From IMG/VR virus record IMGVR_UViG_3300020603_000002: a DNA stretch of 64,000 bases, one strand, 5' to 3'. Below are positions 17,825 to 27,166 of the stretch, in pieces. A model generated the notes under the pieces. That model saw nothing but the letters and a program-made list of their open reading frames with translations, was not told where the DNA came from and did no database searches. The position numbers were made by a program, and so were the translations under genes. The stretch comes from an uncultured virus (IMG/VR IMGVR_UViG_3300020603_000002) (lineage: Duplodnaviria > Heunggongvirae > Uroviricota > Caudoviricetes). Positions within the stretch are counted from its first letter, which is position 1. Every line of letters starts with the position of its first letter.

Positions 17825-19066
17825 TTAAAAATCCAAGTCGCTCAAATCGACATCATCATATCCCTCTTCCTCATCGTCATTATAACCCATAGCATCTTTA
17901 TACTCTTGTTCTTTCAACTCTTTGACAATATCATCAACCATTCTTTGAATGTATTGTTCACCTCTAGAATCACCACTCAAGATCATCTTCGCAACTCTCA
18001 TAAACTCGTCGGCTTTTAATGAAGAGAATCGCATAAACAAGTAATGTTGGATGTGTTTTTTATCATCATCAAATAATTCTAAAGGATAGGTTGCTAAAAA
18101 CTTTTCCCAAAATACAGGTCCAAGACGAGAATCCCAAATTTCAGCCGGAAGTGAATCTTCAGCCCCTAATACCATTTCAGCTTGTCTTGGGTCGTCAGGT
18201 AAACCATGTGTACCAAACACCTCATAAACTCCTTTAACTAATTCGTGAACTAATAATGGGAAAGTTACGGCTCTTGCCTTGACTGTTGGTGGATCTGTTT
18301 CTGCATCAAACTCTGATTGACCCATTTGACCACTACCGCTTCCAGCCATTCCTTCCATGTCAGGAAATATCCAATAAGCATGTTCCATAAGTGCTTGTGT
18401 AACGGCGTATAGGTTCATTAATTGGGGATTCATATTATTAATCTCATCTCTCACCAAATTATACATGTGCCCTCCTTTGAAAGCGGCCCCTTGAATAAGT
18501 GAGTTAATGAATCTTCGTTTTGCTCTCTCCAAATTAAAGTTTTCCATATCTCCCATTAATTCTTGAACCTCTTCTTCACTTGGCATTTCAGGTTCACTTT
18601 TCATTCCTTCAGCAGCACTCATAGGTTGTGTTACAAGTTCAGCGTCAAACTGCATTGCTCCTTCAGGTATTCCTAACTCTCTAACCACTAATTCAACTGC
18701 TAAATCTTCAAGTTCTTCTTTATTTTGAGACTGAATCATCATTAGTCTTTGCATGGCCTGACCTACCGTCATCATAAGTTGCATAAGAGCGTTTCCACCT
18801 TGAATGGTTCTTGTGTCTCCCATCGCCATTCTTACTTTCTCAACTGAGTCTTTGAATCTTTTCGAAGATATTAACTCAACAAAGTCTCTGTCCATATTTG
18901 GCATTGCTGGAAAATTTGAGTATGGTGTTTGTTTTCCTAAGATTTTTCTTTCAACGTCACCAGCCATTCTTTCAGGTCCTTCGTAGTCAATTGGTGCTTC
19001 CATCAATTTGATGAACTCTTTTTTTGAAATTCCTTCCGTATATAATCTTTTTTTAATATTTCCCAT
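17825..19066 (-). CDS. hypothetical protein, possibly virion-associated
   Basis: 413 aa, Met/Glu-rich; co-transcribed from the late motif at 19501. Confidence 0.8.
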   Translation of the reverse strand: MGNIKKRLYTEGISKKEFIKLMEAPIDYEGPERMAGDVERKILGKQTPYSNFPAMPNMDRDFVELISSKRFKDSVEKVRMAMGDTRTIQGGNALMQLMMTVGQAMQRLMMIQSQNKEELEDLAVELVVRELGIPEGAMQFDAELVTQPMSAAEGMKSEPEMPSEEEVQELMGDMENFNLERAKRRFINSLIQGAAFKGGHMYNLVRDEINNMNPQLMNLYAVTQALMEHAYWIFPDMEGMAGSGSGQMGQSEFDAETDPPTVKARAVTFPLLVHELVKGVYEVFGTHGLPDDPRQAEMVLGAEDSLPAEIWDSRLGPVFWEKFLATYPLELFDDDKKHIQHYLFMRFSSLKADEFMRVAKMILSGDSRGEQYIQRMVDDIVKELKEQEYKDAMGYNDDEEEGYDDVDLSDLDF

Positions 19067-19067
19067 C

Positions 19068-19487
19068 TTATTTAAATTCTATTCCAAGTTCATCGAAGGT
19101 TAACCAATCAGGCATATCACCTTCTCTTCCCGCCTTAGGGTCTGGTTTTGGCCCTGGTTTTGGTTTGTAAGGTGTTTTGGGTTGCTTAGGTTTGGTTCCC
19201 GGATCTATTTTAATTCTTTCTTTTTCTTTTGTACCAGGTAACATTACAGGAAGATCCATTTCTTCATCAAGTTCAATATCACCATTTGGTTTTGCCATCC
19301 CTTTGAACATTCCATCTAAGTCAAAAGAAGGAACATCTCCACTATAATCATCCATATCTACAAAACCTTCTTCGTAGTCATCAAGGTGGACTTCCTTAAC
19401 CTCAGGTTGTTCTGATAAGATACGACCTCTGTTATAGTTTAACAGATACTTCATATCTTTAATTTCCTCAATAATTTGTTTTTTCAT
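19068..19487 (-). CDS. hypothetical protein with Pro/Lys-rich segment
   Basis: 139 aa; PKPGPKPDPK; late motif upstream. Confidence 0.75.
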   Translation of the reverse strand: MKKQIIEEIKDMKYLLNYNRGRILSEQPEVKEVHLDDYEEGFVDMDDYSGDVPSFDLDGMFKGMAKPNGDIELDEEMDLPVMLPGTKEKERIKIDPGTKPKQPKTPYKPKPGPKPDPKAGREGDMPDWLTFDELGIEFK

Positions 19488-19518
19488 ATCGGTTTTATTT
19501 TATAAATATCAAGTTTTT

Positions 19519-19803
19519 TTATTCAGGCACCATATAGTACTGATATCCTAAAGAATAATATAAGAATTGTCCTTTATTCTTCAATACAGAATTAATATCG
19601 GCTTGTTTTGTAACCTTAACTCCAACAATCTTTTTGTCCTTTGGTATTTTTCTACCAGGGTGTGTATTCAATACATCCTCAACAGGATCCAAATAGTATT
19701 TGAGTTTTTTAATTAGGGTTTTCTTATCACCTACGGTTCCAATTCCGTATTGTTTACAAAGTGATTTGATTTCGGGTAATTCAAGTTTAGTTAAGTCTTC
19801 CAT
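19519..19803 (-). CDS. SAP/HeH-domain nucleic-acid-binding protein
   Basis: LTKLELPEIKSLCKQYGIGTVGDKKTLIKKL fits the SAP consensus. Confidence 0.65.
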   Translation of the reverse strand: MEDLTKLELPEIKSLCKQYGIGTVGDKKTLIKKLKYYLDPVEDVLNTHPGRKIPKDKKIVGVKVTKQADINSVLKNKGQFLYYSLGYQYYMVPE

Positions 19804-19827
19804 TCTACAAAGATAAGGAATTAAACT

Positions 19828-20082
19828 TCAATTTCCAAATGAACTGTTTTTGAAGTAGTTTAGATATTTAGCGGAATGTTGATCCCAAACAGGTTTTTTA
19901 CCTCTTTCTTTGTCAGTGTAACCTTGATCATATGAATGATTGACTATTTGTTTTTCTAAGGGTTTAATTTCCTTTTGAAGGTTCTCTAAAACTAAACGTG
20001 TTTCTTCTGAAAGTCCCTCAACTTTCAAATACTGATCTATTTTTTTTACAATTGGTCCCATGTTGTTAAATATATCAATCAA
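19828..20082 (-). CDS. hypothetical protein
   Basis: 84 aa ORF. Confidence 0.6.
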   Translation of the reverse strand: MIDIFNNMGPIVKKIDQYLKVEGLSEETRLVLENLQKEIKPLEKQIVNHSYDQGYTDKERGKKPVWDQHSAKYLNYFKNSSFGN

Positions 20083-20674
20083 AGTTTTCTAAATCAACTT
20101 CCACATCAATAGGAATACCGTATTTTTCTAATAATTTGTAGAAAAACTCATAACATTGGTTATTTAGTCCGCCAAAAAAATCTCCCGTTTCATATGCTTC
20201 TTGAGCTTCGTACAGTGCATCCCAAAGATTACCTTTCACTAAACTTTGTTCCTCAGTCTCAGGATCAAGAAAATAATAACTTACTGTTCCATTACCATCA
20301 ATATCTATCGATAGATCGACAATATCATATTTATAACCTTTTACTTCTTCGATATTAGTGACTTTAATTTCAGTATCTAAGTCTAATTCAGGAACAACAA
20401 GTCTAAAAGTTTTATCTAAGACTTCTTCTTTAAGTTTTTTATATAAATTATTAAATCCACCATTATATCTATACCAAATTGGTCTAATTGTTTGAAAGTC
20501 TTCAGTTGTATTCTTTTCAATTCCAGAAATATCATAGATAATATCATCAAGATGAGGTTCTTCACCCATCTTTTTTTGTTTGTCCCAAACTTTATAACAA
20601 AATTTACGAAGATTTTCTTCGGTAATATTTTCCATTATTAAATTTTGTTGTCGTTCTGTTATTATTATTTTCAT
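20075..20674 (-). CDS. hypothetical protein with shared N-terminal leader
   Basis: MKIIITERQQNLIME. Confidence 0.75.
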   Translation of the reverse strand: MKIIITERQQNLIMENITEENLRKFCYKVWDKQKKMGEEPHLDDIIYDISGIEKNTTEDFQTIRPIWYRYNGGFNNLYKKLKEEVLDKTFRLVVPELDLDTEIKVTNIEEVKGYKYDIVDLSIDIDGNGTVSYYFLDPETEEQSLVKGNLWDALYEAQEAYETGDFFGGLNNQCYEFFYKLLEKYGIPIDVEVDLENFD

Positions 20675-20697
20675 TATCCAAAGAAGGGTTAAAAGAT

Positions 20698-21081
20698 TTA
20701 TGGAATATTAAATATGTTTGCTCCATTAACCTCTTTTATTTCTACATCAGGAAATAATACTTTGAAGTAGTCGTATATTAAGTGTTTGATGTGTCTTGAC
20801 CTAATATGACTTGGAATAATTCCCTCCATCTCATCTTCTAGTGAATAATTATAATATAATGTTTTAGATCCCATCATATAAGTAAATAAACTTTAACCAT
20901 TCTCATTTTTTAATCGTATAGCTGAATACCCTTGATGTGATGAGTCAACATCTTGTTTCAACATTTTAATAAACAACTTTTTATACTTTGGGTATTCATC
21001 ACTATACTCAGCGTCCCAACGATCTCTTCTATAGTTTTCGTTGATTAAATTTAACTGACCTTCCGTGATAATGATTCTCAT
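20698..21081 (-). pseudogene. leader-bearing gene interrupted by an in-frame TAA
   Basis: MRIIITEGQLNLINE...LKNENG*SLFTYMMGSK...GANIFNIP*; the frame stays open for 64 codons after the TAA at 20893-20895. Confidence 0.7.
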
Positions 21082-21103
21082 AATAATAAATACCTTGTAA
21101 AAT

Positions 21104-21129
21104 AAAAAACCCACCATAGAGGTGGGTTA
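21104..21129 (-). terminator. intrinsic terminator
   Basis: AACCCACC-ATAGA-GGTGGGTT hairpin with a T-run on the minus strand. Confidence 0.7.
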
Positions 21130-21147
21130 TATTTGATGTTTGTTTTC

Positions 21148-22527
21148 TTATGTAAACAAGTTGAAGTCTTCATCCTCCTCAGCTCTTCTTAGAACTGAAT
21201 CAGGTATAATATTCTTACCTTCAGATCCTGGTATGTTTAACACCATTAGATTTGGCATGTCTCCAACACACTCAGGTAATCTTTGAAGGTTTTTATTATC
21301 AACCAAAGATAGGTATTGTAAATTAGGTAACTCACAAATTGATTCAGGTAAAGACACAATACAATTAACGAAGTTAAGTGCTTGTAATTGTTTAAATCTA
21401 CTAACATCACTAGGAATATTTAATTCAATATTATCACCTGATCTTGATGAGTTCTTGAATGTGAATCTTTTTAGGTTTTCGGGTAATGTCGCAAATAACT
21501 CATCAAACCCATAAAGAGCGACAAATTTAGATGCTGAGTCACCAGGGTAGTCAATAACCACTTTATCACCTTTTTCACCCGCCAATGACTTCATGAACTC
21601 AGGTTTGAAGAATTGTTTAAGTTCTTCTTCATTTGTGTTAAGGAATTCCACAAGATTGATTTGTCTATCTGATGGGTCCATGTATTGGTTAGAAGGGAAG
21701 TGGAATTGATAACGAAGGGCTGGAAGACCTGATACATCACCATGTTCTTTTTCTCCTCTATGTTTCTGACCTTTATTTGGAATAACAACATATAAAGGAC
21801 CATCTTTGATATAACGCTCAAACCAACTTAAACCAGGTGAAGATGTGCACCATCTTGTTTCACCTTTACTTTCTTCTTGATATGAACCTCCGTAGAAACA
21901 TGCAGCATTTTTACCAAGTTTACCAGTGTCTGATATTTTAGCAACAGTCCAATCTTGACCACGATAAACAATTTCAGCACCAGGGTGAGCATATGTTTTA
22001 GACGCCTCTTTTTTTTCAGTTGCAGAAGCTTTGGTTTTTTCTAAACTGAAATCTTTAACATTATCATATAAAGTATCAGGAGTCAATTTATTGATGTCTC
22101 TAAACTCTTGAGGTAATCTATTTTTGAATCTTTCAAACTTTTTAAGGTCACCAGTAACCTTATATAAGTCTTCCATGAAAAGATCTTGGAATTGTTTAAG
22201 GGCCGCCTTGTATTGACCTGATTGAGGATCCACAATGTTTAATGGATGGTCACCTGGTAACTTAGGTGTTACAAAGTTTTTTAACAACCACTGAGTATAT
22301 TTTCCGATTTTCACTCGGTCCATATCTTGTGGTTTTATATTGTCTATATCCATACCTTCAGGAAAGCTTGAAGTTGGGTCGGCTGCGATAAAAGCAATCA
22401 AAGTTTCAAACGGCATGATACCCTTTTTTCCCTTTTCTTTTGGTTTTACGAACTTATCAAAAAGGACTTGAAATCTTGAACTTTCAACAATAAGATCTCT
22501 AAGAAGATTGGTGAATCTAAGTGACAT
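21148..22527 (-). CDS. leucine-rich-repeat protein with N-terminal WCT-motif domain
   Basis: C-terminal LxxLxLxxN/LP repeats (LPESICELPNLQYLSLVDNKNLQRLPECV); central GETRWCTS. Confidence 0.75.
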   Translation of the reverse strand: MSLRFTNLLRDLIVESSRFQVLFDKFVKPKEKGKKGIMPFETLIAFIAADPTSSFPEGMDIDNIKPQDMDRVKIGKYTQWLLKNFVTPKLPGDHPLNIVDPQSGQYKAALKQFQDLFMEDLYKVTGDLKKFERFKNRLPQEFRDINKLTPDTLYDNVKDFSLEKTKASATEKKEASKTYAHPGAEIVYRGQDWTVAKISDTGKLGKNAACFYGGSYQEESKGETRWCTSSPGLSWFERYIKDGPLYVVIPNKGQKHRGEKEHGDVSGLPALRYQFHFPSNQYMDPSDRQINLVEFLNTNEEELKQFFKPEFMKSLAGEKGDKVVIDYPGDSASKFVALYGFDELFATLPENLKRFTFKNSSRSGDNIELNIPSDVSRFKQLQALNFVNCIVSLPESICELPNLQYLSLVDNKNLQRLPECVGDMPNLMVLNIPGSEGKNIIPDSVLRRAEEDEDFNLFT

Positions 22528-22569
22528 ATTAATTTTATTTTTAAATAAATATTTGTAATTATAAAAAAA

Positions 22570-23421
22570 TTAGTAATTCATGATAAGTAATTCTTCTCCC
22601 ATGTTTTGTTTTTCACCTTTTTTTGCTGAAGCGGCCTTTGTAAACTTTTTTGTAACCCAAGTGTATTGATCTTTAGGAAACCATTCGTGAAGTAATTCAA
22701 AGTCATAATAAGACAATGAAAACTTACCTTGAACTCCGTGTAGTACATTTGCCAACCTTTCGTGATCTTGTGTTTCAAAGTTGTGATTGGAGTAATAAGA
22801 TCCTTCACCAACGATATAATACGGTGGATCAACGTAAAAATATGTTGTAGGTGAGTCATATTTTGTGATTACATCTTCAAAATCCATGTTTTCAACAAAA
22901 GTAATAGATTCAAACATCTTTTGCCACTTTTCGTTTTTTAATTTATTCATGAATGAAGTGAACTTTGAGTGGTATTTACCTTTTAAATCTATAAATTTTG
23001 ATTTTGATGGATTAGCGCCAGAAAAAACTTGTGTTAATACATATATGTATTTTGCGGCAACTTCATAATCATAAGCTTCAGGAGTGAAATTTTCTTTGAA
23101 TATTTGAGCTTGGAAGTTGATAAATTGTTCTTTACAAATTGGATCGGTAGAGTGTTCGTCTTTTTTTTGAACCACTAATTTCTCACACTCTTGTAGAAGT
23201 CGTTTATGATTTTTCAAACACTGATACATGTTGTAGTTTAATTTATTAAAATCGTTGTAAACAACGGTTTTTAGATTTGGATAGTCTATTAAATTCATTT
23301 TAAAGAATGTCCAGAATTGACCACTAAATGGCTCAACATATGTTTCAATATCTTTTGGTATATTGGGGATTATTAATTGTGGGGCAATTTTTGATTTACC
23401 ACCAATATATGATACACACAT
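22570..23421 (-). CDS. dam: Dam-like DNA adenine methyltransferase (D12 class)
   Basis: YIGGKS, YVEPFSG, YNDFN, YVDPPY, ELLIMNY. Confidence 0.9.
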   Translation of the reverse strand: MCVSYIGGKSKIAPQLIIPNIPKDIETYVEPFSGQFWTFFKMNLIDYPNLKTVVYNDFNKLNYNMYQCLKNHKRLLQECEKLVVQKKDEHSTDPICKEQFINFQAQIFKENFTPEAYDYEVAAKYIYVLTQVFSGANPSKSKFIDLKGKYHSKFTSFMNKLKNEKWQKMFESITFVENMDFEDVITKYDSPTTYFYVDPPYYIVGEGSYYSNHNFETQDHERLANVLHGVQGKFSLSYYDFELLHEWFPKDQYTWVTKKFTKAASAKKGEKQNMGEELLIMNY

Positions 23422-23424
23422 GAC

Positions 23425-23633
23425 CTATTTTTTAATAATTTTATTTGGTTTAGCTAAATTTTATTTATCCTATGAAGGTTGAAAATTATCTAACTAATTA
23501 ATAATAGATATTTTTTCTGACTTATCAAACTTTGAAATTGGTTTTACATGGTAAATATGCTACTAACCCCAATTATTCCAAAACATCCCATCTGTAAATT
23601 ATTTTTTAATGTTTATTTTCAACGTTGCAATAT
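23425..23633 (-). pseudogene. decayed HNH endonuclease remnant
   Basis: Reads FTDGMFWNNWG**HIYHVKPISKFD...N*LDNFQPS*DK*NLAKPNK, the GMsWdNyGeWHiDHikP...NlQPlw..eNl.K HNH pattern with multiple stops. Confidence 0.75.
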
Positions 23634-23646
23634 TTAAATTATAGTT

Positions 23647-23817
23647 ATGGAAGATAAAAAAGCAACAGAAGTAAAATGCCACACCTGTGACAAAAGTAAG
23701 CAAGTCAAAAATACACAAATCTTGGTTTTAGTTTTTGGTGGTATTTTCTTTTTTTTCGGTGTATACGGAATTGTGTCTTTTGTTCACGATATTATTTCAC
23801 TTTTTCAATCCCTTTGA
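23647..23817 (+). CDS. small CxxC + transmembrane protein (not in ORF track)
   Basis: [56 protein letters not shown]. Confidence 0.65.
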   Translation: MEDKKATEVKCHTCDKSKQVKNTQILVLVFGGIFFFFGVYGIVSFVHDIISLFQSL

Positions 23818-24722
23818 TATTTTAAGTATTGATTTACAATCAAATCACCAACAGTTTCTAATCTAAATCCTTTTGACTTAACTCTCAAAGGTGTGGAAGT
23901 ATCTATATTTTTAGGTAATTTAATATTCAACTCACCATCAGGATGAGGAACAGAAATATAACCATTTTGTAAATCGTGTAAATTAAAGTAAGCATTATAA
24001 ACCAAATGATTAGCCAATTTATTAAAATTATTCTGTGGTTTGAGTTCAATTCTTATGACTAAATCACCGTAAGACCCATTTTTAAAATCCCCAACGTTCT
24101 TAAGCCTGAGGAACTGACCATTATCCACTCCATGAGGTAATGATACGTCTAAATTTTTTATTTCACGTTTCGAACCAATACCATTACAAAGAAAACAAGG
24201 TGTTATAAGTTTATTTCCATGACCACCACAATTTTCACACGTTGTCTGTATTACCTGTATAAAAAATCCAGACCCTACTTTTCTAATCACAACACCCGAC
24301 CCATTACAAACATTACAAAGTTTTCTTTCCCCCCCTGTTCCGTTACAAGGTTCACACATAATTGATCTTCTGTAAGAAAGAGTGTGTCTATTACCCATAT
24401 AGGAGTCTAGAACCCCGACATTTACAGTAATGTTAGTTGTATGGACAGATTGATTCGGTTTTCTTATATTAAACAAGTCAGAAAAAAGATCTTCAGAATT
24501 GTCCAAATTTACAAACGGATTTTTTCTTTTCAAGTCATAATCTTTTCTTTTATTTTCATCACTCAAAATATCATATGCGACCGATATTTTTTTAAACTTA
24601 TCTTCATTTCCTCCTTTATCGGGATGATTTTTTTTTGCCAATTTTCTATAAGCAACCTTTATTTCATCTTGTGTTGCATTTTCCTGTACTTCAAGTACTT
24701 CGTAATAGTTTTCAATATTCAT
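23805..24722 (-). CDS. dnaJ: DnaJ chaperone
   Basis: J domain with HPD, four CxxCxGxG repeats, C-terminal substrate-binding domain. Confidence 0.95.
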   Translation of the reverse strand: MNIENYYEVLEVQENATQDEIKVAYRKLAKKNHPDKGGNEDKFKKISVAYDILSDENKRKDYDLKRKNPFVNLDNSEDLFSDLFNIRKPNQSVHTTNITVNVGVLDSYMGNRHTLSYRRSIMCEPCNGTGGERKLCNVCNGSGVVIRKVGSGFFIQVIQTTCENCGGHGNKLITPCFLCNGIGSKREIKNLDVSLPHGVDNGQFLRLKNVGDFKNGSYGDLVIRIELKPQNNFNKLANHLVYNAYFNLHDLQNGYISVPHPDGELNIKLPKNIDTSTPLRVKSKGFRLETVGDLIVNQYLKYQRD

Positions 24723-24752
24723 TTATTTTTTTGAAATGTTATTATTTGTTTT

Positions 24753-25391
24753 ATGAATTATTTAGTTGTTTTATTCAAAAATAAAAAAAGAAAAAAAATA
24801 ATCAACAAGTTTATAACGAGAGAAAAAGCAGAAAAATTTTTTGATAGTCTTATCAAAAAAAACTCAACTGTTCAATTTGAAGTCCAAGTCGAGAATGCTA
24901 ATGTTATAAACTATGAATTATGTTTACTGCAAAAAAGAGATGACAACTTCGAAAAAATTTTTATCAAAGATAGTTTAGGGAGACAAAAACTTGTTGAAAC
25001 TGATGATCCAAATTACAAAATAATCAGAGTTGAAAGATACAAAATTTCCGAAAAAATATTTGATATTGAAAAAAAAACAAAAATAACTTTGGAGGAATTT
25101 ATAGAAAATTATCTTTCTAATTTTGATTTGAAACTTTTATCTATACTTAACAACAAAGTTGTGTTACAAAATAATGATGTTATAAAATTATTTTCTCTAA
25201 AAAATGAACACGAGTCCAAGAGATTTTTGGAAATTCTTAATCATTTAATGATGAGAAGTCAAAGATCGGATTGTATAATAGTTTCTGATTCATCAAAAAG
25301 TCAAAAAAAATACCTGTATAATATTTTAGATAATCAGGGGTTTCGTAAGCAGTGTTTGTATAGAAAATCAACTACTTTTAAACATAGATAA
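24753..25391 (+). CDS. hypothetical protein
   Basis: 212 aa ORF divergent from dnaJ. Confidence 0.7.
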   Translation: MNYLVVLFKNKKRKKIINKFITREKAEKFFDSLIKKNSTVQFEVQVENANVINYELCLLQKRDDNFEKIFIKDSLGRQKLVETDDPNYKIIRVERYKISEKIFDIEKKTKITLEEFIENYLSNFDLKLLSILNNKVVLQNNDVIKLFSLKNEHESKRFLEILNHLMMRSQRSDCIIVSDSSKSQKKYLYNILDNQGFRKQCLYRKSTTFKHR

Positions 25392-25676
25392 TATTTTTTT
25401 TAAAAAACTTTTTTTGAATGATATTTCTATTGGTTTCTGTTCTGTTTGTTCGGAAACGTCTTCTATAAAAACATGTTCTATTTCAGATATATTTATCGAA
25501 AATCTTTTGTGTACGTGATCTATTTTTCTGAAGTTTTCTTGAACACTTTTAAAATCAGTTTCATTTAATTGATACACACATATAACTTTACCTTCGGGAA
25601 AGGTATTTTGTATTGCATCTGTAACAAGAGCCAACTTTTCTATAATCCCAAAATCACTTTTTTGATTTTTTTCCAT
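25368..25676 (-). CDS. hypothetical protein
   Basis: 102 aa ORF. Confidence 0.65.
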   Translation of the reverse strand: MEKNQKSDFGIIEKLALVTDAIQNTFPEGKVICVYQLNETDFKSVQENFRKIDHVHKRFSINISEIEHVFIEDVSEQTEQKPIEISFKKSFLKKILSMFKSS

Positions 25677-25843
25677 AAAGTCAATTTTTCGGTTTTTGGT
25701 AAAAGATCTTGTTTTTCAAATGTTTTTATTTCATGAATTAACTTTAATTTTTTACTATCCAATTCTTTTTGATCCTTTTCAAGTTCACTTTTCAACCAAG
25801 TTAGAGTTTGTTCCTCTCGTGTCAACAATTTCTTCTCCATCAT
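25640..25843 (-). CDS. hypothetical coiled-coil protein
   Basis: ORF 25640..25867; likely start MMEKK. Confidence 0.55.
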   Translation of the reverse strand: MMEKKLLTREEQTLTWLKSELEKDQKELDSKKLKLIHEIKTFEKQDLLPKTEKLTLWKKIKKVILGL

Positions 25844-26213
25844 ACAATTTTTCTTCTGTGATATCAAATTTTAATGATTGTAAATTATCAAAATTTTGTT
25901 TTTCAAAAATTTTCTTTAATTCATCAATTTTTTGTTTTAACAACCTTTCTTTCATTTCTATTTCACGATTATAAGAAATAATATTTTTAATACTATTAAT
26001 AGTTTCATTCATGAACTTATCGTCAAACTCACAAACGAAAGAAAAAAATCTGTATCCTTCTTTTAATTTTTCATTTTCAATTATTTTATCTTCAATGACG
26101 TATTTTTTTGGTATTTTCCAAGTATCGGGAAATTCAATATCAATTGCTAAGTATGTCTTTAATTTTCTGACCGATACTAAAAAAGTAAAAATTTCTTTTA
26201 ATTGATTGTACAT
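25785..26213 (-). CDS. hypothetical protein
   Basis: 142 aa ORF. Confidence 0.7.
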   Translation of the reverse strand: MYNQLKEIFTFLVSVRKLKTYLAIDIEFPDTWKIPKKYVIEDKIIENEKLKEGYRFFSFVCEFDDKFMNETINSIKNIISYNREIEMKERLLKQKIDELKKIFEKQNFDNLQSLKFDITEEKLYDGEEIVDTRGTNSNLVEK

Positions 26214-26219
26214 GTTATT

Positions 26220-26414
26220 TTATAAAAATTTTGTTAAAATATAGGTTATTAAATAAGAAATAAAAAAGTAATTGGATATTTTGTCAAATTGATCATAAAT
26301 TATTTTATTGGGATTTTCATTCGATATTTCTCTTATTATTATCGTTAATCTATTCAAAATAAAGACGATAGACAAAACAAAAATAAACAAAGTTAAAATA
26401 TCAAATATTTCCAT
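26220..26414 (-). CDS. small membrane protein
   Basis: 64 aa, two hydrophobic segments. Confidence 0.6.
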   Translation of the reverse strand: MEIFDILTLFIFVLSIVFILNRLTIIIREISNENPNKIIYDQFDKISNYFFISYLITYILTKFL

Positions 26415-26415
26415 A

Positions 26416-26586
26416 TTATTTTTTCTTTTCTTCTAAAATTTGACCCCTCAATTGTTGTAAAAGTGATTTTAAATCCTGTGAGGTTTTTCTTGCTCTTGTT
26501 CCAGCACTTTTGTTTCCGCTGAAAAATTTGTTAACATCAACACTTAGTTGTTCAGTTAGTTCTTTAATTTTTTCTAAAGTTTCCAT
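26416..26586 (-). CDS. histone H1-like protein, Hc1 family (not in ORF track)
   Basis: METLEKIKELTEQLSVDVNKFFSGNKSAGTRARKTSQDLKSLLQQLRGQILEEKKK*; GNKxAGTRARK signature. Confidence 0.85.
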   Translation of the reverse strand: METLEKIKELTEQLSVDVNKFFSGNKSAGTRARKTSQDLKSLLQQLRGQILEEKKK

Positions 26587-26651
26587 TTTAAAAATAAAAA
26601 ATTATTGTTTATTAAAATAAATAATAAAAATAATGAGTGTTAATGTAAAGG

Positions 26652-27119
26652 TTACTTTTTGAGATTTTTATCAAGTGATTTATAAATGTTTGATATCAAA
26701 TCTAAATCTACTTGTGTGAAAGGTTTTTCACGGTTGAACAGATCATTAAAAAAAATATCAATAGAATTTCTCAACTCATCTCTATCCTGTTTGTAGTATA
26801 TTTCATTGAAGAGTGCGTAAAAGTATTCACAATGTTCACCTTTTATTTCAAATGAAATGTTTTCTTTTTCAAAGTTATCGATAACTTGTTTCCAACACCA
26901 CTCGAAATGTTTTTTATTATCTTCTTCATTCATTTTGATGGTAGTTTCATTCGATTCATAACCTTCACCTAAATATGTTGATTTGATCATGACAAACAAA
27001 CTGTAAGATAAATCATAATAAAGATCCATCTTTTCTGGTATAATGTTATTAATTCTAAACCAAACATCTACATGTTCGGGATCAACATTTTTAGTAATGT
27101 AATTGTAAAAATTATCCAT
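26652..27119 (-). CDS. hypothetical protein
   Basis: 155 aa ORF. Confidence 0.75.
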   Translation of the reverse strand: MDNFYNYITKNVDPEHVDVWFRINNIIPEKMDLYYDLSYSLFVMIKSTYLGEGYESNETTIKMNEEDNKKHFEWCWKQVIDNFEKENISFEIKGEHCEYFYALFNEIYYKQDRDELRNSIDIFFNDLFNREKPFTQVDLDLISNIYKSLDKNLKK

Positions 27120-27166
27120 AGTTTCAAACTACGAAAATATTATAATTGAAAATTTTTTAATGTAAA

